Assembly: GCA_051532055.1 (NCBI GenBank)
Contig: JAOPTX010000023.1
Location: 32,001-96,000 of the forward strand
DNA from: Fibrobacterales bacterium
Lineage (GTDB): Bacteria; Fibrobacterota; Fibrobacteria; Fibrobacterales; JAOPTW01
Length of the DNA: 64,000 nt
Direction: 5' to 3'
Position numbers and translations under genes: made by a program. Numbering within the stretch: the first letter of the stretch is position 1; each line of letters starts with the position of its first letter. Positions 48,210-58,587 of this stretch are shown one piece after another. The notes under the pieces were generated by a model. That model was not told the origin of the DNA, searched no databases, and saw only the letters and a program-made list of their open reading frames with translations.

Positions 48210-50446
48210 AACAGATTCGCATAGCACTAGTTGGCCAGCCTAACGTTGGTAAAACACTTCTTATTAACTCTGTTAGTGGTTCTAAACTGAAAGTGGGTAA
48301 TTTTGCAGGGGTCACTGTTGAGAAAAAAGAGATCTCATTCGAATATGAAGGGCACGAAATTATTATTACTGACCTTCCCGGCACCTATTCTCTCAATGAC
48401 TATACTCTTGAAGAGCGTGTAACAAAAACCTACCTCCTCAATGATAGGTATGATATGATTCTCAATGTTCTCGATTCCACAAATCTTGAACGTAACCTCT
48501 ATCTCACTACAGAACTATTAGAGCTCGATGCCAAAATGGTGTGCGCCCTTAATATGAGTGATGAAGCAAAAAAAGAGAACATTCATATTGACGCCTCTCA
48601 GTTGAGTACCATTCTAGGCATACCTTGTCATAAAGTATCAGCAGCTACAAAAGAAGGTATTGAACTTCTCATAAAAGAGATCGTATCAACATATACTGCT
48701 GAGAAAAAAGCGATGAAGGTAACCTATAGCGAAGCTATAGAGGAACAGTTAGAAACAATCCAATCGTTTTTGGAATCAAAAAACACACAACTCCTTTCGG
48801 GAGGCTTTAATGTGTCCCACCGAAGAGCAGCAGTCCTTCTCTTACAAGAAGACGCTGCGTTTTATAAAGTGATTCATGAACATCCTATATGGATTGAACT
48901 TTCTGATGTTTTAAAAAAATGTTTAAAACAAACCTACGATTTTCATGACACAAAAGATATGCTCGAAATTTTTCATGAAGAACGCTATGCTTTTGCAAAG
49001 GGCGCTACCCTTGAGACTGTTAAAGTTGACGCAAAAATAGGAACGACTATAACTGAAAAGATTGACTCACTTTTAATTCACAAAGTGTTTGGTCTGTTTA
49101 TTTTCCTAGGCTTTATGTACGGCCTTTTTGAAATCACCTTTACCCTTGGCGCAGTTCCAATGGACTACATCGATGCCCTCTTCAGTTGGTTTGGTGACAC
49201 TATCGGTGGAGTCATTACCAATGATGCAGTGAGATCCCTCATTGTAGATGGTATCATTGCTGGTGTTGGTGCCGTTGTAATGTTCTTACCCAACATCATT
49301 ATCCTTTTTATCGGTATTGCTCTTTTAGAAAATACCGGGTATATGTCTCGTGTAGCATTTTTGCTTGATGGTCTATTCCATAAATTTGGCCTTCATGGTA
49401 AGAGCTTTATCCCCCTTGTTGCTGGGTTTGGTTGTTCAGTACCTGCCTACATGTCAGCACGTATATTAAAGAATGAAAAAGACCGCATCATTACCATGTT
49501 TATCATTGGATTCATGAGCTGCGGTGCGAAACTCCCCATTTTTGTGGTATTCTGTGGAGCATTTTTCCCACAGGCACCAGGGCTTGCGCTCTTCCTCGTA
49601 TACATATTAGGTATTCTCATTGGTCTTATTTCGGCAAAGATTTTAAAAATAACAGCCTTTAAAGGTCAGGATGAACCATTTGTAATGGAAATGCCTAAAT
49701 ACAGAGCCCCATCCCTACGCCTTATGTGGAATATGGTTTCTGCAAAATCGTTTTCATATTTAAAAAAAGCTGGTACCTATATTCTAGCCGCTTCTATGAT
49801 AATTTGGTTTGCAAGTAATTATCCTAAAAATTTAGATCTCATCGCACAAGCTCATTCAGTTGAAATAGCTATATCTGAAGATTATGCAAAACAGATCGTA
49901 CTCTCTGCAGAGTTGATACATCAACAAGGTATAGCTGATACTGCTATTACTCAAGAGCACACAATCAAAGAAATTGAGGCAGCAACTAAAGAACTAGAAG
50001 CTACACGTGATGGATTAATTGCCGAGAACAATTACACCCTACAAAAATCTCAATTAGAAAAAAGTGCACTGGGAATTATTGGAAAGGCAACTAATTGGTT
50101 TTTTGAACCTCTCGGATTTGATTGGAGGCAGACCGTTGCTCTTGAGATGGGGCTCCTTGCAAAAGAAGTAGCAATTTCAACACTAGGAATTCTGTACGCA
50201 TTAGGCGATGACGTTGATGCAGAGAACGAATCACTGCCAACCGTGCTCAAAAAAGAAGTACCAATGAATTCAGCAGTAGCATTTATGCTTTTTAGCTTGC
50301 TATACCTTCCTTGCCTCGCAGCAGTATCAGTATTTAAGAAAGAAGCTGGTGGATTTAAATATGTAGCATATCTATTCCTATTTACGACAGCAGTAGCATG
50401 GATTGTTGGATTTATAGGATACCATGTCACAAACATTTTTATATAA
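48206..50446 (+). CDS. feoB: ferrous iron transport protein B
   Basis: GQPNVGKT, GNFAGVTVE, DLPGTYSL, NMSD, GFGCSVP, FVMEMPKY, LYLPC. Confidence 0.97.
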   Translation: MKQIRIALVGQPNVGKTLLINSVSGSKLKVGNFAGVTVEKKEISFEYEGHEIIITDLPGTYSLNDYTLEERVTKTYLLNDRYDMILNVLDSTNLERNLYLTTELLELDAKMVCALNMSDEAKKENIHIDASQLSTILGIPCHKVSAATKEGIELLIKEIVSTYTAEKKAMKVTYSEAIEEQLETIQSFLESKNTQLLSGGFNVSHRRAAVLLLQEDAAFYKVIHEHPIWIELSDVLKKCLKQTYDFHDTKDMLEIFHEERYAFAKGATLETVKVDAKIGTTITEKIDSLLIHKVFGLFIFLGFMYGLFEITFTLGAVPMDYIDALFSWFGDTIGGVITNDAVRSLIVDGIIAGVGAVVMFLPNIIILFIGIALLENTGYMSRVAFLLDGLFHKFGLHGKSFIPLVAGFGCSVPAYMSARILKNEKDRIITMFIIGFMSCGAKLPIFVVFCGAFFPQAPGLALFLVYILGILIGLISAKILKITAFKGQDEPFVMEMPKYRAPSLRLMWNMVSAKSFSYLKKAGTYILAASMIIWFASNYPKNLDLIAQAHSVEIAISEDYAKQIVLSAELIHQQGIADTAITQEHTIKEIEAATKELEATRDGLIAENNYTLQKSQLEKSALGIIGKATNWFFEPLGFDWRQTVALEMGLLAKEVAISTLGILYALGDDVDAENESLPTVLKKEVPMNSAVAFMLFSLLYLPCLAAVSVFKKEAGGFKYVAYLFLFTTAVAWIVGFIGYHVTNIFI

Positions 50447-50463
50447 CATACCAATTACAAGGC

Positions 50464-50484
50464 GGGCTCTTCTGAGCCCTTTTT
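50464..50484 (+). terminator. intrinsic terminator after feoB
   Basis: GGGCTC-TTCT-GAGCCC-TTTTT. Confidence 0.8.
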
Positions 50485-50496
50485 AATACACGCCCT

Positions 50497-50513
50497 TTGA
50501 GACTAAGACTCAA
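50497..50513. promoter_or_regulatory. third Fur-like palindrome, upstream of the post-feoB genes
   Basis: TTGAGACTAAGACTCAA, matching the feoA boxes. Confidence 0.65.
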
Positions 50514-50528
50514 TTTTATGGAGACACT

Positions 50529-50657
50529 ATGCAACGATATAGACAAATAGGCCTACGCGCGTTTTTTAACACCATGAATGAATACCGTACTCCCTTACCC
50601 AAACATCCAATAAAAAAAAGTCAAAATATAGACAGAGGATATACCGATGGACAATAA
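50529..50657 (+). CDS. 42-aa small ORF (not in ORF track)
   Basis: GGAG RBS at 50520-50523, ATG 50529, MQRYRQIGLRAFFNTMNEYRTPLPKHPIKKSQNIDRGYTDGQ*; stop overlaps the next start. Confidence 0.45.
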   Translation: MQRYRQIGLRAFFNTMNEYRTPLPKHPIKKSQNIDRGYTDGQ

Positions 50658-51312
50658 GCCTTGGACACTAATAGTATTCTGCTTAACCACATTTACAGCA
50701 TCCCTTTTAGCACAAAATAAACCCTTTTCTGCATCAGTAGAACTCATACGTGACTTCGCTCTAACCGCGGATGAACAGCCCATTGAAAACACAATTGCTA
50801 TTGAAACAGACAGAGCTTCTGTTACCTTCGGTATAGAAAATATATACTACGGATCTGCATCAACACCTTCGGCAACATCTGATGAGATTAACCTTTATGC
50901 CGGTATAGCATTGGGAGAGCATATCACAACTACACTTTTACAAAGGCTTTTCCTAGAAGACACCGGAGAACTCAATACAAATCTCAGTGGTGGTGGGATC
51001 GTGAGTCTTGGGTTTGAATCATTTATCAATATCACTGACGATAATGAATTCACGGTGACCTATACAGACCCTACATGGGAATACTTAAATACCCTCCTTT
51101 TAGAATACCCACTTTATGAGTCAGGCGCTCTGAGTGCAGGTTTAGGTGTCGAAAATGAACTCATTCTTGCAAAGGATAGTGATGCTGTAAATGGAACTCT
51201 CTTCTTTGTGAGCGTAGGATATGAATCGGTTGCACTGACCGGTGGATACATTATAGAGGCCGCACCTGAAGTTGCCCACTCCTTAGAATTTGGATTAACT
51301 TTTGAATTATAA
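50647..51312 (+). CDS. secreted acidic probable outer-membrane beta-barrel protein
   Basis: Signal peptide, amphipathic strands, C-terminal LEFGLTFEL; GAGGA RBS. Confidence 0.65.
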   Translation: MDNKPWTLIVFCLTTFTASLLAQNKPFSASVELIRDFALTADEQPIENTIAIETDRASVTFGIENIYYGSASTPSATSDEINLYAGIALGEHITTTLLQRLFLEDTGELNTNLSGGGIVSLGFESFINITDDNEFTVTYTDPTWEYLNTLLLEYPLYESGALSAGLGVENELILAKDSDAVNGTLFFVSVGYESVALTGGYIIEAAPEVAHSLEFGLTFEL

Positions 51313-51389
51313 ATAACAGAAGAAAAGTGTCATTGACTCCCCACCTTTTTCAAGACACTCCCTCATCCTACACCAATAAGAGGCATATC

Positions 51390-51827
51390 ATGTTTAACAG
51401 TAAAATTATTGCAACAAAAGAGACCATTGGATCAATCTGCTTTGAATCAGAGTGGGCAACACTTTCATGTGGCCGTACAACACTTCGATTTACCGAAGTA
51501 GAGTTTAAGTACCTTTCGACACTCGCTGCAGATACACTTACGAACATTAGCTGTGAGAGTCACACTGAATCTCTTATGAGTAAAAAAGAAGGGTTTGGCA
51601 AAATACTTCGGTTCAGTGATCGGTGGTATAAATTTATTTTTCTCAATACCAGTATCATGCTCACAAAAGAGAAAGCACTTCTCCTTTGTGAGATGATTCT
51701 TGATGGATGGAATACCTTAAACCCAGATGCTCCATTATACAAAACCCCTAGTAGTTCCCCTCTTGATGATGATATTATTGAGTTGATTGAGTTAATAGAA
51801 AATCAATGGGGAGGTTCATTAACATAA
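51390..51827 (+). CDS. hypothetical protein with a possible internal duplication
   Basis: GAGG RBS before ATG 51390; two similar G..(W)..L....T.L..T..E segments. Confidence 0.6.
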   Translation: MFNSKIIATKETIGSICFESEWATLSCGRTTLRFTEVEFKYLSTLAADTLTNISCESHTESLMSKKEGFGKILRFSDRWYKFIFLNTSIMLTKEKALLLCEMILDGWNTLNPDAPLYKTPSSSPLDDDIIELIELIENQWGGSLT

Positions 51828-51904
51828 CCCTACTTTTATGCTCAATTTCCCCTAAAAACAATAATTTTACAAGTCGATACTCATGGTTAGGTTTCTCCTT
51901 TTTA

Positions 51905-51918
51905 TTGATCCATATCAA
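51905..51918. promoter_or_regulatory. FNR/CRP-family box upstream of MFS-pflB-pflA
   Basis: TTGATCCATATCAA perfect consensus; TATCTT at 51941-51946 at class II spacing. Confidence 0.8.
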
Positions 51919-52009
51919 CTACAGATTGAGGCGAAAATAGTATCTTTGTGGCCAAGGTACAAAACCTTATATACCATGCAGACACACATTCAAGAAGAGA
52001 ACCACACCT

Positions 52010-53287
52010 ATGAATAAAACTAAAAACAGATGGCTCATTGCCCTCTCAGCAGTTGGAATACACATATCAATTGGATCAGTATACGCCTATAGTGTAATGG
52101 TACTTCCCTTAAACCAACTCAATGGGTGGTCTAAAGCAGACATCAGTACTGCCTTTAGTATCGCAATTCTGTTTCTTGGACTCTCTGCAGCATTTCTTGG
52201 AAGTTTTGTTGAAAAGAAAGGTCCTCGTATTTCGGGAATGGTGGCCGGCGCCTGTTATGCCCTCGGTACTGCTGGAGCAGGACTTGGAATTTACCTCAAC
52301 TCACTTCCTCTCTTTATTGCAGCCTATGGAGCACTCGGTGGCATCGGACTTGGCTTAGGCTACATCACACCCGTTTCAACCCTTGTAAAATGGTTTCCCG
52401 ATCGTCGTGGACTTGCAACAGGCATGGCCATCATGGGCTTTGGTTTTGCTGCTATGATTTTTGGTCCCCTTATGACTTACCTTTTTTCAAGCATTGGTAT
52501 TCCATCAACTTTCTGGGTTCTTGCTGTTGTATATGGCGTTGTCATTATTGCCTCTGCTCAATACATAGCGCCTCCACCCAAAGGATGGACACCTGAAGGA
52601 TTTGATCCAGATAATACAACCTCTTCAAAAATTACTAAAAAAGATCTTGCCCAATTGACCGCTCCTGAATCTCTTAAGACGAGACGGTTCTACTACATGT
52701 GGATTATGCTTTTCATCAACATCACTTGTGGCATTGCTCTTATCTCGGTAGCATCACCAATGGCGCAAGACAGCATTGGTATGACCGCAATGCAAGCAGC
52801 ATCAATGGTTGGCCTCATGGGCCTCTTTAATGGGCTTGGTCGTATCGGCTGGGCAACACTCTCTGACAAAATTGGCCGCCCCTACACCTACACTACTTTT
52901 TTCCTCATACAGATTGCAGCCTTCTTAGTGCTGCCTTATGCAACTTCAGCTCTCACGTTTCAATGCATTATCTTTTTGATCATTAGTTGCTATGGTGGTG
53001 GATTCTCATCAGTCCCTGCCTTTCTTGGCGACCTCTTTGGCACTAAACAGCTTAGCGCTATCCATGGATATATTCTCACCGCATGGGCAGCTGCTGGTCT
53101 TGCAGGTCCGACTATTGCATCAAGAGTGCGAGAGATGACAGGGAGCTATGATCAGACTCTTCAGATTTTCGTTGGATTTTTCATTGTAGCATTTGCAGTA
53201 TCCATTTTAATGAAAATGAATATCAAGAAAAAAGAAAAACAGATTTTAACAACTGACAAAGAAGTGGCAGAGCTCTGCGACGTATAA
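52010..53287 (+). CDS. OFA-family MFS transporter (oxalate/formate or monocarboxylate)
   Basis: HISIGSVYAYS, KWFPDRRGLATG.AIMGFG, FNGLGRIGW..LSD.IGR, YGGGF. Confidence 0.88.
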   Translation: MNKTKNRWLIALSAVGIHISIGSVYAYSVMVLPLNQLNGWSKADISTAFSIAILFLGLSAAFLGSFVEKKGPRISGMVAGACYALGTAGAGLGIYLNSLPLFIAAYGALGGIGLGLGYITPVSTLVKWFPDRRGLATGMAIMGFGFAAMIFGPLMTYLFSSIGIPSTFWVLAVVYGVVIIASAQYIAPPPKGWTPEGFDPDNTTSSKITKKDLAQLTAPESLKTRRFYYMWIMLFINITCGIALISVASPMAQDSIGMTAMQAASMVGLMGLFNGLGRIGWATLSDKIGRPYTYTTFFLIQIAAFLVLPYATSALTFQCIIFLIISCYGGGFSSVPAFLGDLFGTKQLSAIHGYILTAWAAAGLAGPTIASRVREMTGSYDQTLQIFVGFFIVAFAVSILMKMNIKKKEKQILTTDKEVAELCDV

Positions 53288-53303
53288 ATAAGGAACGAAA
53301 ATT

Positions 53304-55541
53304 ATGAGTACACAAACAACACTTCCCCCATTTAAAACTGGCGCATGGAACGATACCATTGACGTCCGTGACTTTATTCAACAGAACTACACTCCTTACG
53401 ATGGGGATGCTACTTTTTTAGTTTCTCCCACTGAGTCTACGAAAAAGCTTTGGGATCAAGTTTCGGCATTATTAGGTGAAGAACAAAAGAAAGGGATACT
53501 GGATGCAGATACCTCCATTATTTCATCAATCATCTCTCACCAAGCAGGGTATATTGATCAATCTCTCGAAAAAATTGTAGGACTACAAACCGACAAACCT
53601 CTCAAGCGTTCACTTATGCCTTATGGCGGCATTCGCCTTGCAGCAGGATCACTCGAAGCCTATGGCTATAAAATCGACCCATCTGTTGAAAAAATATTCT
53701 CAACTTACCGTAAAACACATAATGAAGGAGTCTTTGAAGCGTATGATGCTGAGATGCTTGCCATTAGAAAATCAGGTATAATTACAGGACTTCCCGATGC
53801 CTATGGCCGTGGCCGTATTATTGGTGACTATCGTCGTATAGCACTCTACGGAGTTGATGCACTTATTGCAGAAAAAAAATCTGTTTCTAAAAATGAACTT
53901 TCAAAAGATTATGCCAACAGCGAATCAATACGTGAACGAGAAGAGTTTGCTGAGCAAGCTAAGGCATTAGTTGAACTCAAAGAGATGGGCACTACCTATG
54001 GTTTTGATATTGGGCGCCCTGCAGAGAATGCAATTGAAGCAGTTCAGTGGACTTATTTAGGCTATCTTGCAGCAATTAAAGAACAAAATGGTGCGGCTAT
54101 GTCTATAGGCCGTGTCTCAACCTTTTTCGATATCTATTTTAAACGAGACATTGAAGCAGGGCTCTTAACTGAAGATGATGCACAAGAGATTGTCGATCAC
54201 TTTGTAATGAAACTTCGTATTGTTAAATTCCTCAGACCTCCAGCATATAACGAACTCTTCTCCGGTGACCCAACATGGGTTACTGAAGCAATTGGAGGAG
54301 TAAGTGAAAACGGAAAACATTTAGTAACCAAGACAAGTTACCGAATCCTCCACACCCTCTATAACCTTGGTCCAGCACCAGAACCCAACCTCACAGTTCT
54401 CTGGTCTCATAGCCTTCCACAACACTTCAAAGAATTTTGTGCTAAAGTATCAATTGACACAAGCTCTATTCAGTACGAAAGTGATGACCTCATGCGCCCT
54501 TACTGGGGTGATGACTATGGTATCGCATGTTGTGTATCAGCTATGCGTATCGGTAAACAAATGCAGTTTTTTGGTGCCCGTGCCAACCTTGCAAAAGCAC
54601 TTCTCTATGCAATTAATGGTGGTAGAGATGAAGTCAGTGGCGCACAAGTCGGTCCTAAAATGGAACCCGTTACGAGTGACATACTTAACTTTGATGAAGT
54701 ACGGGACAAGCTTGATGTGATGCTCGACTGGTTAGCTGAGACCTATATTAAAACATTGAATGTCATTCACTTTATGCACGACAAATACGCCTATGAACGC
54801 CTTCAAATGGCACTCCATCAACGTGAAGTTCTCCGTACAATGGCGACAGGCATCGCAGGTCTTTCTGTTGCAGTGGATTCACTCTCTGCTATTAAACATG
54901 CAACCGTTTCAGTTGTGAGAGACGAATCTGGTCTTGCCACTTCATTTAATATCGATGGCGAATACCCCGCTTATGGTAATAATGACGACCGTGTTGATTC
55001 TATTGCCGTTAAACTTGTTGAATCATTCATGAGTAAACTCCGATTACAAGAAACATACCGTAACTCTGAGCCAACACTCTCTGTCTTAACCATAACCTCT
55101 AATGTTGTGTATGGAAAAAAGACTGGTGACACACCTGATGGGCGCAAAAAGGGTGAACCTTTTGCTCCAGGCGCAAATCCAATGAATAACCGAGATACTA
55201 AAGGGGCACTTGCCTCCCTCATGTCTGTAGCAAAGATCCCCTACAAAGATGCACAAGATGGCATTAGTTATACCTTTTCGATTATTCCAAAGGCACTTGG
55301 TAAAGACGATACCTGTAAAGTAACTAACCTTGTTGGTCTTCTTGATGGATATTTTGCTCAAAATGGACACCACCTCAATGTAAATGTATTTGAGCGTGAA
55401 CTCCTTCTTGATGCAATGAAACACCCAGAAAAATATCCACAATTAACCGTACGAGTATCCGGATACGCTGTGAACTTTGTTAAACTTAATGAAGAGCAAC
55501 AGCTCGACGTAATCAACAGAACCTTTCACAATTTTTGTTAA
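53304..55541 (+). CDS. pflB: pyruvate formate-lyase
   Basis: [23 protein letters not shown] active-site Cys pair, glycyl-radical RVSGYAV. Confidence 0.98.
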   Translation: MSTQTTLPPFKTGAWNDTIDVRDFIQQNYTPYDGDATFLVSPTESTKKLWDQVSALLGEEQKKGILDADTSIISSIISHQAGYIDQSLEKIVGLQTDKPLKRSLMPYGGIRLAAGSLEAYGYKIDPSVEKIFSTYRKTHNEGVFEAYDAEMLAIRKSGIITGLPDAYGRGRIIGDYRRIALYGVDALIAEKKSVSKNELSKDYANSESIREREEFAEQAKALVELKEMGTTYGFDIGRPAENAIEAVQWTYLGYLAAIKEQNGAAMSIGRVSTFFDIYFKRDIEAGLLTEDDAQEIVDHFVMKLRIVKFLRPPAYNELFSGDPTWVTEAIGGVSENGKHLVTKTSYRILHTLYNLGPAPEPNLTVLWSHSLPQHFKEFCAKVSIDTSSIQYESDDLMRPYWGDDYGIACCVSAMRIGKQMQFFGARANLAKALLYAINGGRDEVSGAQVGPKMEPVTSDILNFDEVRDKLDVMLDWLAETYIKTLNVIHFMHDKYAYERLQMALHQREVLRTMATGIAGLSVAVDSLSAIKHATVSVVRDESGLATSFNIDGEYPAYGNNDDRVDSIAVKLVESFMSKLRLQETYRNSEPTLSVLTITSNVVYGKKTGDTPDGRKKGEPFAPGANPMNNRDTKGALASLMSVAKIPYKDAQDGISYTFSIIPKALGKDDTCKVTNLVGLLDGYFAQNGHHLNVNVFERELLLDAMKHPEKYPQLTVRVSGYAVNFVKLNEEQQLDVINRTFHNFC

Positions 55542-56270
55542 ATGGCACATACCGGTTATATACATTCAGTAGAAACTTTTGGAACACTCGATGGGCCTGG
55601 TATTCGCTATGTCCTATTTCTGCAAGGGTGTCATCTTCGATGCCTCTACTGCCACAATCCCGACAGTCAAGAAATGAAAACAGGTTCACTCCTTACTACT
55701 GAATCAGCTTTCAATGAAATAATAAAATATAAAAGTTTCTATACTAATGGCGGTGTCACCTTTACGGGTGGAGAGCCGCTCTTGCAAAGCTCTTTTATTA
55801 TCGAACTCGCCACCATGCTTAAAGAAGCAGGAATTAAAACGGCACTCGACACCTCTGGGTCACTATGGGGAAATCGCGTGCGGGAAGCACTCAACGCGGT
55901 AGATCTCGTATTACTCGACTGTAAAGGATATTCTTCAGAGCACTTTACTACTATGACCGAAGTGAATAAAGGATATTACTTTTTTGAAACACTCGATCAT
56001 CTCGAAGAAATTGGCAAAAAAAGCTGGGTACGATTTGTCTTGGTCCCCGGCTATACCGATGACCTAAAGGCAATAGAAGAACTTGCCCAACGTTTGATGT
56101 ACTATGCCTACATTGAATATGTAGAAATCCTCCCATTCCACAACCTAGGTAAGGAGAAATGGGAACAAATTGGAAGATCTTGGCCTTTAGAAGAATGCCC
56201 ACTTCCGACTCAAGAGCTTATGCAACAAGTACAAGAGATATTTATCAGTAAAGGTCTGCGACTTAAATAA
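55542..56270 (+). CDS. pflA: pyruvate formate-lyase activating enzyme (radical SAM)
   Basis: DGPGIR, GCHLRCLYCHNPD, GGEPLLQ, LPFH.LG..KW. Confidence 0.95.
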   Translation: MAHTGYIHSVETFGTLDGPGIRYVLFLQGCHLRCLYCHNPDSQEMKTGSLLTTESAFNEIIKYKSFYTNGGVTFTGGEPLLQSSFIIELATMLKEAGIKTALDTSGSLWGNRVREALNAVDLVLLDCKGYSSEHFTTMTEVNKGYYFFETLDHLEEIGKKSWVRFVLVPGYTDDLKAIEELAQRLMYYAYIEYVEILPFHNLGKEKWEQIGRSWPLEECPLPTQELMQQVQEIFISKGLRLK

Positions 56271-56284
56271 TAAGGCTTCCATTT

Positions 56285-56386
56285 ATGAACATTAAAAAGC
56301 TCAATAAAATCATGGTACTTCTGAGAGTCATTGCACTCGTCATTATTTGTGTAATGATATATAACGCTCTTGATTATTTTAAATAA
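56285..56386 (+). CDS. 33-aa single-TM small protein (not in ORF track)
   Basis: MNIKKLNKIMVLLRVIALVIICVMIYNALDYFK*; AAGG upstream; fills the gap after pflA. Confidence 0.5.
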   Translation: MNIKKLNKIMVLLRVIALVIICVMIYNALDYFK

Positions 56387-57365
56387 GATATTTACACAAA
56401 GTCCTACCAAGCCCTTGAAGCAGCTCAGAAGTCTCATTATCAAGGAGATGCTCTTGAGATTCACACCCAAGCATTATCACCCCCTTTTGAGTATTCCCAA
56501 TTGAGACAGGGATACCAAAAAGTACCGACACCCCTAGGGTATCTAACTCTTTATGATAGATACCCGGCGCCCCCTCGTGTATAAGAGTCGCAAACTGAAT
56601 GTTATAAATGTTTTTTAAAAAGGCACTCCCACTTAAGTAAGCCTGATCCTCAAACCCATAATGCTTTGAGCGATCAAACATCTCTTTTTCATTTTCAAAA
56701 TCTCTAAAAAAACTGAATTTAAGGTCGAGTTCTCTTGTGAGTGTATTCAATAATTTTTGGGTAAAAATATCAGGATCAGATTCCACATAGAGAGAATTAA
56801 TAATCCGCAACAAACCTGACTGATGTTGAATTCTTTTCTCATATCGTTCTTTTTGAATTTGACTCCAAATTGCAAGTGATGCATGCCCCGAAAGAACATC
56901 AAGTAGCTCAAGAACACTATTCTCCAACTCAGTCTCTTCAGGGACTCGAGCCTTAATGATATACCCTCCAATACTTTCATCATGAGCAAAGAGCGGCACT
57001 ACAAGTGACACTATCCCATGTTCATGAACTACCTGAGGAAACTGTACACCATCTTCTAAAATAGTGAGAAGGTAGTCGAGTTCATTTTGATTTTCGGTAT
57101 CAATATCATTCTTTTCAAAAAGAAGAGTCAATTTATTTGCACCATCAAAAAGATAGACCCTAGCAGTCGTAATATCGAGAAAGGTCTCTGCAACACTATT
57201 GAGTACATAAGCGATCTCTTTGATATTTCGTGTGCTATGAATTTTTTTTGAGAGATACTGTACCTTTAGATATTCATCGAGATTCTCTTTAAGCTTGCCC
57301 AGCTCTTTATCATCTTTACGCCTGAAATTGGCATTACGCCGTTCAGTAAATGGTATATCTTTCAT
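56379..57365 (-). CDS. tandem GAF-like domain protein without output domain
   Basis: SLVVPL....IGGY, LFGIPV.....GVIML GAF-type strands; LLDVLSGHASLAI helix. Confidence 0.65.
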   Translation of the reverse strand: MKDIPFTERRNANFRRKDDKELGKLKENLDEYLKVQYLSKKIHSTRNIKEIAYVLNSVAETFLDITTARVYLFDGANKLTLLFEKNDIDTENQNELDYLLTILEDGVQFPQVVHEHGIVSLVVPLFAHDESIGGYIIKARVPEETELENSVLELLDVLSGHASLAIWSQIQKERYEKRIQHQSGLLRIINSLYVESDPDIFTQKLLNTLTRELDLKFSFFRDFENEKEMFDRSKHYGFEDQAYLSGSAFLKNIYNIQFATLIHEGAPGIYHKELDTLGVSVLFGIPVSIGNTQKGVIMLGCESQEHLLDNETSELLQGLGRTLCKYLI

Positions 57366-58270
57366 TAGTTTATCAACTCCCCAATAAATGACGATGAGCG
57401 TTCTATCTCTTCTAATATTTCTTCTTTAAAGAATTCAAGATCAATCTCTTCTATACCTAAATTGATATCATGAGCAAAATCCCAAAATTGTTCTTCAACT
57501 TCTGGTGCCTTGTTATTACCACTACTTCCAAGTTCACATTGCTGGCAGAGGATATTGGCTAAATACACACTCGCGACAAGCTCTTTATGCATAGGCGCAT
57601 ACCACGGATGGTGATGATGACGCATAATTTGTGAAACAGCATCCGGGAGCTTCCATTTTTTACCGAGCCAAAAACCGATCACCCCATGATGAACACCAAA
57701 ATAGCGTTGTTCTTCATCAAAAAGAAGACGTCCACTCTCTGATGCTTTTGCCAGAATCACATCAAAATCCTTGGGCATGTACTGAACCAAAACCACTTTA
57801 CCAAGGTCATGAAGAAGACCACCTAAAAATGCTTCATTTGCACCTGATGGATAGAGTCGCTGTGCAATAATTTTTGCTGCCATACCAACACTTGCCGAAT
57901 GCTCCCAAAAGCTTGAAAGGTCAAATGAGGTCTCTGCTTTCGCTCTTTTAAAATAATTAAGTACCGAGACACTGAGGGTCACTTCCTTAACTGACTCAAA
58001 ACCCAAGATCACAATTGCCATATTGACCGTTGTCACTTCATGCTTCAATCCATAATATGCAGAGTTACACATTTTAAGAAGCTTAGCGGTGAGTACTTGG
58101 TCATCAGAAATGAGTTCACCAAGCATTTTAGCTGATGTCTTAGGATTATCAACGACTTCAATTAGTTTTGCAGCAATGGTAGGAAGTGTCGGAAGACTCA
58201 ATATTGAGTTGGTCACCTTTCGTAAATGTTCCGCTTTTGCAAAGAGCTCTTGGTGTGTCGGTTCACTCAT
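57365..58270 (-). CDS. HDOD domain protein
   Basis: LPTLP, D.VLTAKLLKMCNSAYYG, FWEHS, GLLHDLGK, H..IG..L..KWKLP. Confidence 0.93.
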   Translation of the reverse strand: MSEPTHQELFAKAEHLRKVTNSILSLPTLPTIAAKLIEVVDNPKTSAKMLGELISDDQVLTAKLLKMCNSAYYGLKHEVTTVNMAIVILGFESVKEVTLSVSVLNYFKRAKAETSFDLSSFWEHSASVGMAAKIIAQRLYPSGANEAFLGGLLHDLGKVVLVQYMPKDFDVILAKASESGRLLFDEEQRYFGVHHGVIGFWLGKKWKLPDAVSQIMRHHHHPWYAPMHKELVASVYLANILCQQCELGSSGNNKAPEVEEQFWDFAHDINLGIEEIDLEFFKEEILEEIERSSSFIGELIN

Positions 58271-58587
58271 TATGCATACCCATCAAAAAAATTTCCACCC
58301 ATATATTTTCGCGCTTTCTTTGACTTACTTTTATTGTTATCGGTTTTTTCACCAGTACCTTCAGGAGTATGTCGCTTTTTTCCCTCTTCATTTTTAGGAT
58401 CCATAGGATCTTTCTCTTCCATCTCTTGCGCTTCCTGCATCTTCTGCTCTTCAGCATCACGTTGAGCTTTGCGCGCAGAAAGTTCATCAGCAATTTGTTT
58501 TGATGCTTCATGAGATTTTAATTCGGAAGTCATTTGTGACCGGTCAGTATTGTCTTGATTCTGCATGGGATTGAGTGGAGTACTCAT
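58270..58587 (-). CDS. charged hypothetical protein coupled to fliA
   Basis: ATGA overlap with fliA, TAATG coupling to the HDOD gene; C-terminal GGNFFD. Confidence 0.7.
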   Translation of the reverse strand: MSTPLNPMQNQDNTDRSQMTSELKSHEASKQIADELSARKAQRDAEEQKMQEAQEMEEKDPMDPKNEEGKKRHTPEGTGEKTDNNKSKSKKARKYMGGNFFDGYA

